Below the pieces are notes generated by a model. It was not told the origin of the DNA. It did not search any database and saw only the letters and a program-made list of their open reading frames with translations. 34,054 bases of DNA. Origin: Candidatus Fraserbacteria bacterium. Its GTDB lineage: Bacteria; Bipolaricaulota; Bipolaricaulia; RBG-16-55-9. The stretch spans positions 1 through 34,054 of the forward strand of contig JBBIOR010000009.1 in NCBI GenBank assembly GCA_037443265.1. Reading direction: 5' to 3'. This document shows, piece by piece, positions 8,671 to 18,017 of this stretch. Within the stretch, counting starts at the first letter, position 1, and each line of letters opens with the position of its first letter. Made by a program: the position numbers and the translations under genes.

Positions 8671-9129
8671 TCAAGGGCCTTCGCCGTTGCTGCTCTGCGC
8701 CGGCAGCTCCGAAATCCGCCAGTAGTCCAGCACCGTCTCGATCACCTTGGCGAACTCTGCCGAGCTGGGGGGTTTGGTGATATACCCTGAAGCGCCCGAG
8801 TTGTAGGCCTTGACCATGTCCTCCTCGCGCTCACTGATGGTGAGCACAATCACGGGAATCCGGCGCAGACTCTCGTCTCTCTTGATCTCTGCCAGCACCT
8901 CATGCCCGTTGACTTTGGGCAGCTTAAGATCCAGCAGGATGAGATCGGGCCGGGGCGCATCTTTAAAATTCTTGCGGCGGCGCAGGAAGTCCAGCGCTTC
9001 CTGACCGTCCCGCACGATGAACAGCTCGCTTTTGTCCTTCATGTTCGCCTTCTGGAGCGAGCGCTCGGCAATTAAAATGTCCTCCGGGTTGTCCTCCACT
9101 AGGAGGATGCGCAGCTTTTTGAGTTTCAT
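8671..9129 (-). CDS. Single-domain response regulator (Rcp1-like receiver)
   Basis: ILLVEDNPED, PDLILLDLKLPKVNG, IPVIVLT, YITKP; GGAGG RBS before MKLKKLR. Confidence 0.93.
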   Translation of the reverse strand: MKLKKLRILLVEDNPEDILIAERSLQKANMKDKSELFIVRDGQEALDFLRRRKNFKDAPRPDLILLDLKLPKVNGHEVLAEIKRDESLRRIPVIVLTISEREEDMVKAYNSGASGYITKPPSSAEFAKVIETVLDYWRISELPAQSSNGEGP

Positions 9130-9151
9130 AGAGAACCTCCCCTCCTCTGGT

Positions 9152-10936
9152 TCACTGCGTGTGATGGACATGCGCCAGCACGCGAGCCCGCTTGGGCACC
9201 GTGAAATAGAACGTACTACCCTGCCCTAGCTGGGATTCCACCCAGATCCGCCCACCTAGCTCGCTCATGATGCGCTTGCAAATCGCCAAACCCGCCCCGG
9301 TGCTCTCGGGATCTTCCCCGCGCGGGTTCAGCCGCTCAAAGAGCTCAAAGATTCGATCTTGATACTGCGCTTCGATGCCTATACCGTTGTCACGCACGTG
9401 GAAGATGAACTCATCCACTTGCTCCTCAAGTCCAATCTGAACCCACTTTTCGGGCTTGTCATTGTATTTGACCGCATTCGAGATGAGATTGGAAAAGAGC
9501 TCGGCCATGCGGGTGCGGTTGGCCACCACCACCGGCAGCTCCTGGGGAAGCTCCAGCTGAACTCCCTCCAGCAGCGCTCCCAGATCCTCACGCACCTCGG
9601 CCAGCACCGCTTTTAGATCCACAGGCTCCAGCGGCTCGCGCTTGGTCCCGATGCTCGCCAGCTTCAAAAGATCATCGATGAGATTCTTCATGCGCACGGA
9701 AGAACGCTGCAGCGACTCGAGATAGCCTAGCCCCTGCTCATCCAGCTTGTCTTTGTAATCTTCAATCAAAAACTGTGTGAAAGCCTGGATCGTGCGCAAG
9801 GGCTGCTTGAGATCATGCGAGACGACGTGCGAGAACTCTTCTAATTTCTTGTTGCTCTCCTCCAGCCTCTTCGTCTTTTCCAGAAGCTCGCGCTCCAGCT
9901 TCTTCAGCTCTGTAAGATCGATATAGTGATCGATCCGTCCGCCCCGATAACGCTCCGTCTCAACGGGGGTGGAGCGGAACTCTAGAATGCGCTCGTCAAA
10001 GCCGTCGCGCAGCGTAAAGACAAAGCTCTCTTCGCCCGCCTCTAAGATTCGCTCCAAGGCGCTTACGTCGGCCAGGCGCGGCTGCACTTTAGAGAGCATC
10101 CTTCGCAGATCGACCCCGATGAGCTCATCCCGGTCGAGATTGAAGAGATACCCCAGGGTCTGATTGGCCCAGATGACCTGCTTATCTCGATCTAATAAGA
10201 CGATGCCCGTATCCAGGGTATCGATGGCGTCTTCGATGAGATAGCGATAGCGGGCCTCAGCCTCCCAGAGCTTGCGCTCCAGCTCTAGACGATCGGAAAG
10301 ATCATGGATCTCTACACAGATCTGATCGGGAGCGATCCTCCTCATGCGAATGTCGGAGGGGAGAGTCTCTTTGTCCCAGGAGACGGCCCGGAGTTTGAGC
10401 CCCTTGGCCTCCCCCAGGGTGGCCGCCCGCTCCAGCTCAGAGCGGGCACGTTCTAGATCGTCAATGTGTATGAACTCACAGAAGTGTTTTACAGACCCCA
10501 AGAGCTCCACGGCCCGGTCGTTGCGCTCCAGCACCTTTCCGCTGGGGTCGACGATGAGCATGGGATTGAGCGCCTTCTGAAAGATCTCGGCCGGGTAGGA
10601 CTTGGGTCGCTTAGGCGCTGGATGTCTTTTCCGTTCGCGCCGGTTGATCCAGCCGATCCCACCTCCGACGAGCACAGCGGCCAAGCCAAAGAGAGCTACG
10701 GCCCCGAGGGAGGAGCTCTCGGCCGGCAGGAACGGCAGCGCCACAAGAAAAGTCAGCCCTCCCAAGAGCACCCCGCCGAGCACCTCCCAGAAGAACGCGT
10801 TGATCAGCAAAGCCATCCCCAACAGGGCAAAGACCATCTTGGGCGAACGGATCTCCAAGCCCCAAAGGAACAGGCTGATCAGAGCATAGACCGCAAGCGT
10901 GGCGAGGAGTTTCCAGATCCGTGCTAGCCCATTCAT
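9152..10936 (-). CDS. Membrane PAS-PAS sensor histidine kinase
   Basis: N-terminal TM helices, two PAS-like segments, H-box SHDLKQPL, N-box NLISNAVKY, G-boxes DNGIGI and GAGLAIC. Confidence 0.93.
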   Translation of the reverse strand: MNGLARIWKLLATLAVYALISLFLWGLEIRSPKMVFALLGMALLINAFFWEVLGGVLLGGLTFLVALPFLPAESSSLGAVALFGLAAVLVGGGIGWINRRERKRHPAPKRPKSYPAEIFQKALNPMLIVDPSGKVLERNDRAVELLGSVKHFCEFIHIDDLERARSELERAATLGEAKGLKLRAVSWDKETLPSDIRMRRIAPDQICVEIHDLSDRLELERKLWEAEARYRYLIEDAIDTLDTGIVLLDRDKQVIWANQTLGYLFNLDRDELIGVDLRRMLSKVQPRLADVSALERILEAGEESFVFTLRDGFDERILEFRSTPVETERYRGGRIDHYIDLTELKKLERELLEKTKRLEESNKKLEEFSHVVSHDLKQPLRTIQAFTQFLIEDYKDKLDEQGLGYLESLQRSSVRMKNLIDDLLKLASIGTKREPLEPVDLKAVLAEVREDLGALLEGVQLELPQELPVVVANRTRMAELFSNLISNAVKYNDKPEKWVQIGLEEQVDEFIFHVRDNGIGIEAQYQDRIFELFERLNPRGEDPESTGAGLAICKRIMSELGGRIWVESQLGQGSTFYFTVPKRARVLAHVHHTQ

Positions 10937-11086
10937 GCAGTCGGTCCACCGAGGCGCGCCTCAGTTCCCTTCGGCTCTCGGAGACGACTCCACTCCGACT
11001 GGCAACGCCCCATTGAGTGTAGGAGCCGGCGGGCCATCGAGAAAGGACACCTGTCCCTGGAGGGCGGCTCGTTTGTCTGGCGCGCT

Positions 11087-11836
11087 TTAGATGATCAAGT
11101 TCTCATTGAGCGTAAACGGGAAAGGCTCGGCCATCTTCTGGAGACTCTCGGGATCGAGCACGGAGATCGCCCGGTCGTTGACGGTGATCACCCCGCGATC
11201 TTCAAGCTCGCCCAACGTTCGAATGGCCGTCTTGGAGGAGACGCCTGCCATCTCGGCCAGCTCCGTGCGCGACAGCTCAATGCCCGTCTCTCCCAGTTTG
11301 AGGATGATCCGAGCCAAGCGCTCCTTGCTCCCGTTGTAGGAGCGTTCGGCCAGCTTGCATTGAAACGCTTTTAGTTCTTCGGAGAGCTTTTCGAACATGC
11401 GGAAGATCACCGGCGGGTGACGCTCCAAGAAATTGAAGAAGTCTCCACGTTCCAAGAAACCCACTTCAGATTTCGTCAGGGTCTTGGCATAGGCAATGTG
11501 GACGCCCTTGTCGAAGAGGGTCGTCTCGCCGATGGTCTCGGCTGGGCCGACCAGCTTTAAAATCTGCTTTTTGCCCCCTAGAGTGCGCTTGACGAGCTTC
11601 ACCCGTCCATCAAATACGAGATAGAACCCGAAGGCCGGAGCACCTTCTTGGAAGATGATCTCACCTTGACCGTACTTGATGCGGCGGACCATGCCTTCTA
11701 ACTGAGCCAGATCTTTGGGACCCAGATCGGAGAAGATTTTGAAATCCCGAAGTTCGGTCATCCCTCTCACCACCCGCTTAAGATGGATGTCTTCTGTGCT
11801 GGGCGTATTATGCCCTAAGTCCCCGGCCTCTGTCAA
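11087..11836 (-). CDS. Crp/Fnr-family transcriptional regulator
   Basis: cNMP-binding fold (GEIIFQEG...GRVKL...IGE) and C-terminal HTH (SRTELAEMAGVS); start may instead be ATG at 11761. Confidence 0.9.
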   Translation of the reverse strand: MTEAGDLGHNTPSTEDIHLKRVVRGMTELRDFKIFSDLGPKDLAQLEGMVRRIKYGQGEIIFQEGAPAFGFYLVFDGRVKLVKRTLGGKKQILKLVGPAETIGETTLFDKGVHIAYAKTLTKSEVGFLERGDFFNFLERHPPVIFRMFEKLSEELKAFQCKLAERSYNGSKERLARIILKLGETGIELSRTELAEMAGVSSKTAIRTLGELEDRGVITVNDRAISVLDPESLQKMAEPFPFTLNENLII

Positions 11837-11843
11837 TAGCCTC

Positions 11844-12290
11844 TCACCGGAGGCGAAGGTCCGCCTCTTCTTTGGCGATGGAGAGCACCACAGAGGTGTT
11901 CGTCTCCTCGATGGCTGGATGACTCAATAATCTTTTGATCTCGCGATTCATGCTCTCTTGATCTTTGAATTTCCCGATCACTAGAATGTCGAACTCGCCC
12001 GTAATTTCATACACGTGGGTGAGGCACTCGTCTTGTTTGAGGGTCTCAACGATCTGGGGGATGAGATTTCCCTTGGCTTTGATTTGCGTGATGATGGTGA
12101 TGGGGTAGCCCAGTCTGTTGTAATCTAAAATGGGCTTGAAGCCGCGGATGATGCCCTCCTCTTGCAAGCGTCTTAAATGCTTACTGGCGGTGGTGGTGGA
12201 GATCCCTAAAGCTTGGGCGAGCTCTCTTAGGCTGACTCGACCGTTGCGTCTTAGCTGCTCGATGATCTTAAGATGGAGGTCCTTGTACAT
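11844..12290 (-). CDS. Lrp/AsnC-family transcriptional regulator
   Basis: NGRVSLRELAQALGIS HTH, LQEEGIIRGF...LDYNRLG, YEITGEFD RAM domain. Confidence 0.93.
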   Translation of the reverse strand: MYKDLHLKIIEQLRRNGRVSLRELAQALGISTTTASKHLRRLQEEGIIRGFKPILDYNRLGYPITIITQIKAKGNLIPQIVETLKQDECLTHVYEITGEFDILVIGKFKDQESMNREIKRLLSHPAIEETNTSVVLSIAKEEADLRLR

Positions 12291-12291
12291 G

Positions 12292-12600
12292 TTATCTTCC
12301 TAAAGCTTCCAGCACGATGCGGATGAGAATCAGAATCCAGCCCACGATCACCATGATCCACGTTAGTCGCCTGGCTACTTCTGCCAGCACCAGAAAGGCC
12401 GTAAGCAGGATCAAAACCCCCAGTGGGTCAATGATCTCCGCAGGCAGGGCATATCCCGACACCCACTCCACCAGATTGGCGGTCAACTGTCCCGCCCAGC
12501 GGGCCAGCGAGTAGAGGAATATGAGAAGTTGATCGAAAAGCTCCCTCGCACGGCTGGTATCCAGCGGCACTTCCTGAGCTCTAAGCCCCAATAGATTCAT
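12292..12600 (-). CDS. Small membrane protein of unknown function (~102 aa)
   Basis: GGGAG RBS before MNLLGLRA; hydrophobic C-terminal helices; stop lies 1 nt before the Lrp start. Confidence 0.75.
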   Translation of the reverse strand: MNLLGLRAQEVPLDTSRARELFDQLLIFLYSLARWAGQLTANLVEWVSGYALPAEIIDPLGVLILLTAFLVLAEVARRLTWIMVIVGWILILIRIVLEALGR

Positions 12601-12817
12601 GACTCCCACCACCCCGGCTAAGGGGGGACTCCAGTCCCGCCCCCTCCTGAAATGATTCCCCTTAAGAAGGGGCAGATCGGTCACCCGCCGGGGCCCGGCT
12701 TCCTCCTCCTGTTGACAGCCTCCCCCTAAGCTGGAAGGGCTTGCTAGACATTTAGCGCGAGATGAGAGCGGGGGCACCCCAAGCGAGGGGCCCCCGCTCG
12801 CTCTTCTCGCTTCCCTC

Positions 12818-14176
12818 TCAAGAGCTTCCAAAGCGCTCGAGGGTGGCCGCGATCCACTTCGTGCCCCCAATTAACACATCGATGCGCTGGTTCTCGTTGG
12901 GCGCGTGCGTGTTGCTGTGCGGATGATTGCACCCAATCGCCACTGTGGGCAGCTTCAATTCATGGGTGAATAGATGCATCGGGCCGGAACCCGCAGAGCT
13001 GACATGCACAATGGGTTCTTTATGGAAGACGGCTTTGGCCGTCTCACAGGCGATCTGAGCGATCGGGGCCGAGAGGGGCGTACGCGCCGCCGGGTTTTCT
13101 GCCTGAATCTTAAGCTCGATATCACTGAAGCCGTGCTTCTTTAAATGATCCCTCAAGAGCCGGCTGAGTTTTTGAGGGTCTTGATCGGGCACCAAGCGGA
13201 AATCCATCTTGGCCTGGGCGTAGGCAGGCAGGACGGTCTTATGGCCTTCGCCTATGTAGCCGGAATAGAGGCCTGCGATGTTGGCCGTAGGAGCAGCCGC
13301 GAGGGCTTTTTTGAGCTCTAGGCCCGAGAGCCCCGCGAGAAATTGCGAGATCCCCAGTTCGCGCTTTAACTCCTCTTCCGGAAGCGGCTCGCGCCGGAGC
13401 GCTTCCAGCTCCTCGGGCGAAAGATCCCGCACGTCGTCGTACCAGCCTTCGATGAGAATCCGGCCCTGCCCGTCGCGGATCGTGCCCAGCGCATAAAGTA
13501 GGCGCCAAGCTGGGTTTTCCACCACCGCCGCCCGCGCCGAATGGGAGTCCTTCGCCAAGGTTCTCACGAAAAATTCGACGTAGAGCATCCCCTTGAGGCC
13601 AAGGGTCACCGCCGGAATATCGCCATAGTCGAGCCCGCCGAACTCCCAGATGGCCCCATCCCCCCGGAGTCTCCCTCGATGCTCACGGATGAACTGGGCC
13701 AGATGGGGGCTGCCGATCTCCTCCTCGCCCTCGATGATAAATTTGATATGGCAGGGGACGTCCCCGCGGGTCTCGAGAAAGGCCTCAATGGCCGCCAGCC
13801 GCGAGACGATATTGGCCTTGTTATCCGAGGCCCCACGGGCGTAGATCTTCCCAGCACGGATCTCCGCAGCCCAGGGGTCGCTCTGCCAAAGCTCCAGAGG
13901 CTCTGGCGGCTGCACATCATAATGATTATAGAAGACGAGCGTCTTCTTCGAGGCTCGACTGGAAAGTTCCCCAAAGACGACGGGCGGGCCGCCCCTAAGA
14001 GGCACCAGCTCCGCCTTTAGGCCCGCCTCCTTTAAAAGATCCCGTGTCAGCTGGGCGCACTCTAGAAGCCCTAGCCCCTGAGCCGAGACGCTCGGCTGCT
14101 GACAGAGTCTCCGCAGGAGCTCCACAGTCCGCTCCGCCTGAGCGTCGATCTGCTGAAAGACGCTTTCAAGTCCCAA
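12818..14176 (-). CDS. M20/M25/M40 metallopeptidase (ArgE/DapE/dipeptidase-like)
   Basis: YNHYDVQP, ARGASDNK, EGEEEIGSP, HAPNE; likely TTG start at 14176 after GGAGG. Confidence 0.92.
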   Translation of the reverse strand: MGLESVFQQIDAQAERTVELLRRLCQQPSVSAQGLGLLECAQLTRDLLKEAGLKAELVPLRGGPPVVFGELSSRASKKTLVFYNHYDVQPPEPLELWQSDPWAAEIRAGKIYARGASDNKANIVSRLAAIEAFLETRGDVPCHIKFIIEGEEEIGSPHLAQFIREHRGRLRGDGAIWEFGGLDYGDIPAVTLGLKGMLYVEFFVRTLAKDSHSARAAVVENPAWRLLYALGTIRDGQGRILIEGWYDDVRDLSPEELEALRREPLPEEELKRELGISQFLAGLSGLELKKALAAAPTANIAGLYSGYIGEGHKTVLPAYAQAKMDFRLVPDQDPQKLSRLLRDHLKKHGFSDIELKIQAENPAARTPLSAPIAQIACETAKAVFHKEPIVHVSSAGSGPMHLFTHELKLPTVAIGCNHPHSNTHAPNENQRIDVLIGGTKWIAATLERFGSS

Positions 14177-14250
14177 GCGCTCCTCCCCTCCCCCCTGCAC
14201 AAGAGTATAGGCACAAGGGGGACTGGGAGGCAAACGCCCCGCGGATTCGA

Positions 14251-15042
14251 CTACTCGACGATGTTGAGCTTCGATTTCAGCGTGAGCGTCTCAGACTGGC
14301 TGTTCCCGCCCACGTTGCAGCTTAAGGTTCCGCTCATCCAGACCTCAGGCAGGGTGGGGGCCTGCCAGAGCTGGACCTCGTAGAGGAGGACCTTCGTCTC
14401 GCCGGCCTTCAAGCCGATCCAGAGGGTCGCAGGCTCCTGGAAGAGCCGGAACTCTGGGAACCAGACGTCGTCCTCCCACATGACGACTTGGGCATCCTGC
14501 TTGATTTTGATCGTCACTTGGACTTTGAAGCGCTCGCCTACGCGGATCGCCTCGGGCAAGATCCGCTCGAAGGAGCAGAACTCGCCCTCTTGGAAGTCGC
14601 GCTGGAAAGAGAGCTGGGGCTGCAAGGGTTCCTGAACGACGAGCTGGAGAAGAGCGCGGGCCTCGGCCCCAGTGGAGGTGATCACCCGCACTCCGACTTG
14701 ATATGTCCCTGGCTTCTGGAAGGTATGGGTCACCCGCTCCCCCTCGTCCTTGGTGCCGTCCCCAAAGTCCCAGCTGTAGACCAATACTCTCTCCTGCTGC
14801 GGGTCCGGCAGGGTCACTTTGGCTTGGAAGGTGAACGTCAGAGGAGCTGCCCCCCCGGCCGGCTGGACGCACTGCGGGCACTCATAGACGATCTCAACTT
14901 GTAACTGAGGGGATGGGGGAGTCTGGCCAGGGTTCGGGCCCTCATCGGGGATTAAGGGCTCCCAGCCGCAGCCTCCTAGAAGCAGCAGCAGAGGCATGAT
15001 CCCCAAGATCCCCCATCTAGACCTAGAGAAGATGCGTCTCAT
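14251..15042 (-). CDS. PKD-domain lipoprotein
   Basis: MRRIFSR...LLLLLGGC lipobox; YSWDFGDG...HTFQKPGTYQV PKD signature; second beta-rich domain. Confidence 0.85.
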   Translation of the reverse strand: MRRIFSRSRWGILGIMPLLLLLGGCGWEPLIPDEGPNPGQTPPSPQLQVEIVYECPQCVQPAGGAAPLTFTFQAKVTLPDPQQERVLVYSWDFGDGTKDEGERVTHTFQKPGTYQVGVRVITSTGAEARALLQLVVQEPLQPQLSFQRDFQEGEFCSFERILPEAIRVGERFKVQVTIKIKQDAQVVMWEDDVWFPEFRLFQEPATLWIGLKAGETKVLLYEVQLWQAPTLPEVWMSGTLSCNVGGNSQSETLTLKSKLNIVE

Positions 15043-15216
15043 GTGGTATCCCTCCTTGCCTTGCGATCGAGCATGGCACAACCTTCTCCTGTGGATATTG
15101 GGATGATACGCGAGGAGAGCGCGAAGGGCAGTGGGCTATGCCTACTTGCGATGTGAATTTGAAGAGGGCAGGGGAAGACAGCGGACACCCTTTGGGAACT
15201 CACTTGTCCTAAGATT

Positions 15217-15246
15217 TTGACTTCTCCGCTCGGCGCGGATTAAATT
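15217..15246 (+). promoter_or_regulatory. Sigma70-like promoter
   Basis: TTGACT-N18-TAAATT, 9 nt before ATG 15256. Confidence 0.5.
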
Positions 15247-15255
15247 AAGAGCAGT

Positions 15256-16413
15256 ATGAGCCGACGGCGTGCTTTTACGTTCTTTGGGAGGATCCGCGGG
15301 CGGATGAGAGAGGCCCGCTCAAGGCTGCGTCGCAGAGGGGACCAGCTTCTGGCCTGGTTTGCCCGAAAGTGGCGCCGGTTTTTGGAACGGCGGGGGTATC
15401 GCTTCGAGGCCGAGCCCCAAGAGCCCCCGGATGTCGTGTTCCACTTCCTCGAGCCCGGCCAGAAGCTGAGAGCCTTCCGACGCCAAAGCAAAGCCACCTT
15501 CGTCGTGGGCATCCTCGTAGAGGAGGATCTGCCGGGACAACACAAAGAAGTCCAGAGGATCCTCTATCCGCTGTTGGTCCGCAGCCTCTCTAATGTCCTG
15601 GTGGGCATCCAGCCTCCCATCACCCCAGAGATCCCGCTCTGGCGGGCCTGGTTCGTGACCCCGGAGCTGGGCACCTATGACACCGCTCACTCGAAAGTGT
15701 ACCCCTTCATGAGCGCCGTCTATAAGAGGCTTAGGCCCATCATCAGTTCCACGCTGGTCATCGACAACCTCTTCCAACCGGATCTTCCCAGGGCTCTTTG
15801 GGAAGGGAATGAGCGGACTCAGGCGCTCAGGGAAGCCGGTCGTCGGCTCGATGCTCTGGGGCTCTTGCCGGCTCCCTTCCCGCTCGAAGAGCTTCTTACG
15901 CCTGCGGAGATGCGCCACCTTCAGAGACTCTACGGCATTGGGGGCCTAAGCTACGGCAACTTGAGCGTGCGCGAGCCACATCTGGGCTTCTGGATGAGCG
16001 CCAGCGGCGTGGACAAGAGTCGGCTCAGCACCGTGGGCCGAGATATTCTGCTCATCCGCGGCTATGATGAAGCCCGTCAGGCAATGACCATCAGCACGCG
16101 GCCGGACATTCCTCCACGACGAGCTTCAGTAGATGCCATCGAGCACTGGATGATCTATCGAGAGCACCCTGAAGTAAATGCCATCGTGCACGTGCACGGC
16201 TGGATGGAGGGCGTGCCCATCACGCGCTTCAATTATCCTTGTGGCACTCTGGAGTTGGCTCAAGCCGTGGCGGAGCTGGTGCGTGCCTCCCCCAATCGGG
16301 CCCAAGCCATAGTGGGTCTGAAGAACCACGGCCTGACGATCACCGGGCGCAGCTTAGAAGAGATCTTCGAGCGCATTGAGGGGAAGATCTCCAAATACGT
16401 CCCGATGAGTTAA
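15256..16413 (+). CDS. Class II aldolase/adducin family protein with long N-terminal extension
   Basis: SYGNLS, FWMSASG, SVDAIEHWMIY, IVHVH, LKNHG metal-site pattern. Confidence 0.85.
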   Translation: MSRRRAFTFFGRIRGRMREARSRLRRRGDQLLAWFARKWRRFLERRGYRFEAEPQEPPDVVFHFLEPGQKLRAFRRQSKATFVVGILVEEDLPGQHKEVQRILYPLLVRSLSNVLVGIQPPITPEIPLWRAWFVTPELGTYDTAHSKVYPFMSAVYKRLRPIISSTLVIDNLFQPDLPRALWEGNERTQALREAGRRLDALGLLPAPFPLEELLTPAEMRHLQRLYGIGGLSYGNLSVREPHLGFWMSASGVDKSRLSTVGRDILLIRGYDEARQAMTISTRPDIPPRRASVDAIEHWMIYREHPEVNAIVHVHGWMEGVPITRFNYPCGTLELAQAVAELVRASPNRAQAIVGLKNHGLTITGRSLEEIFERIEGKISKYVPMS

Positions 16414-16417
16414 GGGG

Positions 16418-16490
16418 TGGGTCGGGAGGGACTCGAACCCCCAACCTGACGGTTAAGAGCCGCCTGCTCTGCCAGTTGAGCTACCGACCC
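16418..16490 (-). tRNA. tRNA-Lys(CTT)
   Basis: GGGTCGGTAGCTCAACTGGCAGAGCAGGCGGCT-CTT-AACCGTCAGGTTGGGGGTTCGAGTCCCTCCCGACCCA folds as a cloverleaf; followed by CCC, so CCA is not fully encoded. Confidence 0.97.
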
Positions 16491-16504
16491 CCTTTTGCAG
16501 GCTT

Positions 16505-16533
16505 ATCATAGTGAACGTGGCTCTTTACGTCAA
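16505..16533 (-). promoter_or_regulatory. Sigma70 promoter of tRNA-Lys
   Basis: TTGACG-N17-TATGAT, 14 nt upstream of the tRNA 5' end. Confidence 0.75.
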
Positions 16534-16604
16534 GTCTGCCAAAGGATAAGCAAAGCAGATTATACTCCCGCAGTGACTGGCACAATACGCCCGAAAATCA
16601 TAAA

Positions 16605-17948
16605 ATGCTCTTTGAGAGCATGGGTCAACTCTTCGCTTCAGAGCAGAAGGCCCCGCTGGCCGAACGGCTGAGACCCAGAAGCTTAGAAGAATTCGTCGGC
16701 CAAGAACACCTCGTCGGCCCCGGCAAGCCCCTGCGCAAGATGATCGAGAGCGATCGAGTCCGCTCGCTCGTGTTGTGGGGACCTGCGGGTACGGGCAAGA
16801 CGACTCTCGGCCGGATCATCGCCCGCGCCTGCCACGCGGATTTTCATCACTTCAGCGCCACCCGCTCCTCCATCAAAGAGATTCAAAAAATCATGGAGCA
16901 CTCTCGCAAGAAATTTACAGCTCATATCTTGCGAGATCTCATCTTCGTCGATGAGCTCCATCGCTTCAACAAAGCCCAGCAGGCCACCTTTCTGCCCTAT
17001 GTCGAAGAAGGATCTGTGATCTTGATCGGAGCCACCACAGAAAATCCCTCGTTTGAAATAATAAGCCCGCTGCTGTCGCGCTCACAGGTCTTCGTACTTA
17101 AGCCCCTCACACCCGAAGAGATCAAGAGGATCTTGAAGCGGGCTCTTGCAGACAAAGAGCGGGGCCTGGGCGGACGTGGCGTAACACTTACAGCTGAGGC
17201 CGAAGAGTTCATCGTCGAAGTCTGCGATGGGGATGCACGCCGAGCGCTCAATCTCTTAGAGATGGCTTCTGATCTTTCGCCAAACGGGACAATCACACTC
17301 GAGATCGTTCAGGAAGCCCTCCAGCGCAAGATGCCTCAATATGACAAGGCCGGCGAGGAGCACTTCAATCTCATCTCCGCTTTGCATAAAGCCGTGAGGA
17401 ATTCCGAGCCTGATGCCGCCCTCTACTGGCTGGCCCGCATGCTGGTCGCCGGCGAAGACCCACTCTACCTCGCGCGACGCTTGATTCGCATGGCTGTGGA
17501 AGACATCGGGCTGGCCGATCCTCAGGCGCTGACTCTCGCCGTGGCAGCTAAAGAAGCTTATGAATTTCTAGGCTCTCCCGAAGGCGAGCTGGCGCTGGCG
17601 CAAGTGGCTGTCTATCTCGCCACGGCTCCCAAGAGCAACTCCATCTACCAGGCGTTTGGAGAGGCCCAAGAGGACGTGGAGAAGACGCGCAACGAACCCG
17701 TACCCTTGCACATTCGCAATGCCGTCACCCGCCTTATGAAAGAGTTAGGCTACGGCCGAGAGTATAAATATGCCCACGACTACGAAGGGGCTATCACAGA
17801 GATGAGCTGCATGCCTGAGCATCTTAAAGATCGAGTTTATTATCGACCCACAGACCGCGGTTTCGAGGCCGAGATCAAAAAGCGCTTGGAGCGCTGGCAG
17901 GCCCTCCAACAGCAAAGAGCTTCCCAGCAAGCACCCACCAAACGCTGA
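16605..17948 (+). CDS. rarA: Replication-associated recombination protein A (AAA+)
   Basis: PLAERLRP, WGPAGTGKTT, DELHRFNKAQQ, ATTENPSF, ISALHKAVR, EDIGLADP, YKYAHD. Confidence 0.96.
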   Translation: MLFESMGQLFASEQKAPLAERLRPRSLEEFVGQEHLVGPGKPLRKMIESDRVRSLVLWGPAGTGKTTLGRIIARACHADFHHFSATRSSIKEIQKIMEHSRKKFTAHILRDLIFVDELHRFNKAQQATFLPYVEEGSVILIGATTENPSFEIISPLLSRSQVFVLKPLTPEEIKRILKRALADKERGLGGRGVTLTAEAEEFIVEVCDGDARRALNLLEMASDLSPNGTITLEIVQEALQRKMPQYDKAGEEHFNLISALHKAVRNSEPDAALYWLARMLVAGEDPLYLARRLIRMAVEDIGLADPQALTLAVAAKEAYEFLGSPEGELALAQVAVYLATAPKSNSIYQAFGEAQEDVEKTRNEPVPLHIRNAVTRLMKELGYGREYKYAHDYEGAITEMSCMPEHLKDRVYYRPTDRGFEAEIKKRLERWQALQQQRASQQAPTKR

Positions 17949-18017
17949 GCCTTCCCTCTTGACTATGAGTCGTCCATGGAGGTATGTTTCTATCTATCTA
18001 TAAGGAGGTCGTAGCGC

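Noticed and set aside
12292..12600. Small membrane protein as an OapA homologue
   Set aside because: About half the expected size, and no OapA-like conserved acidic motifs that I can recognise.
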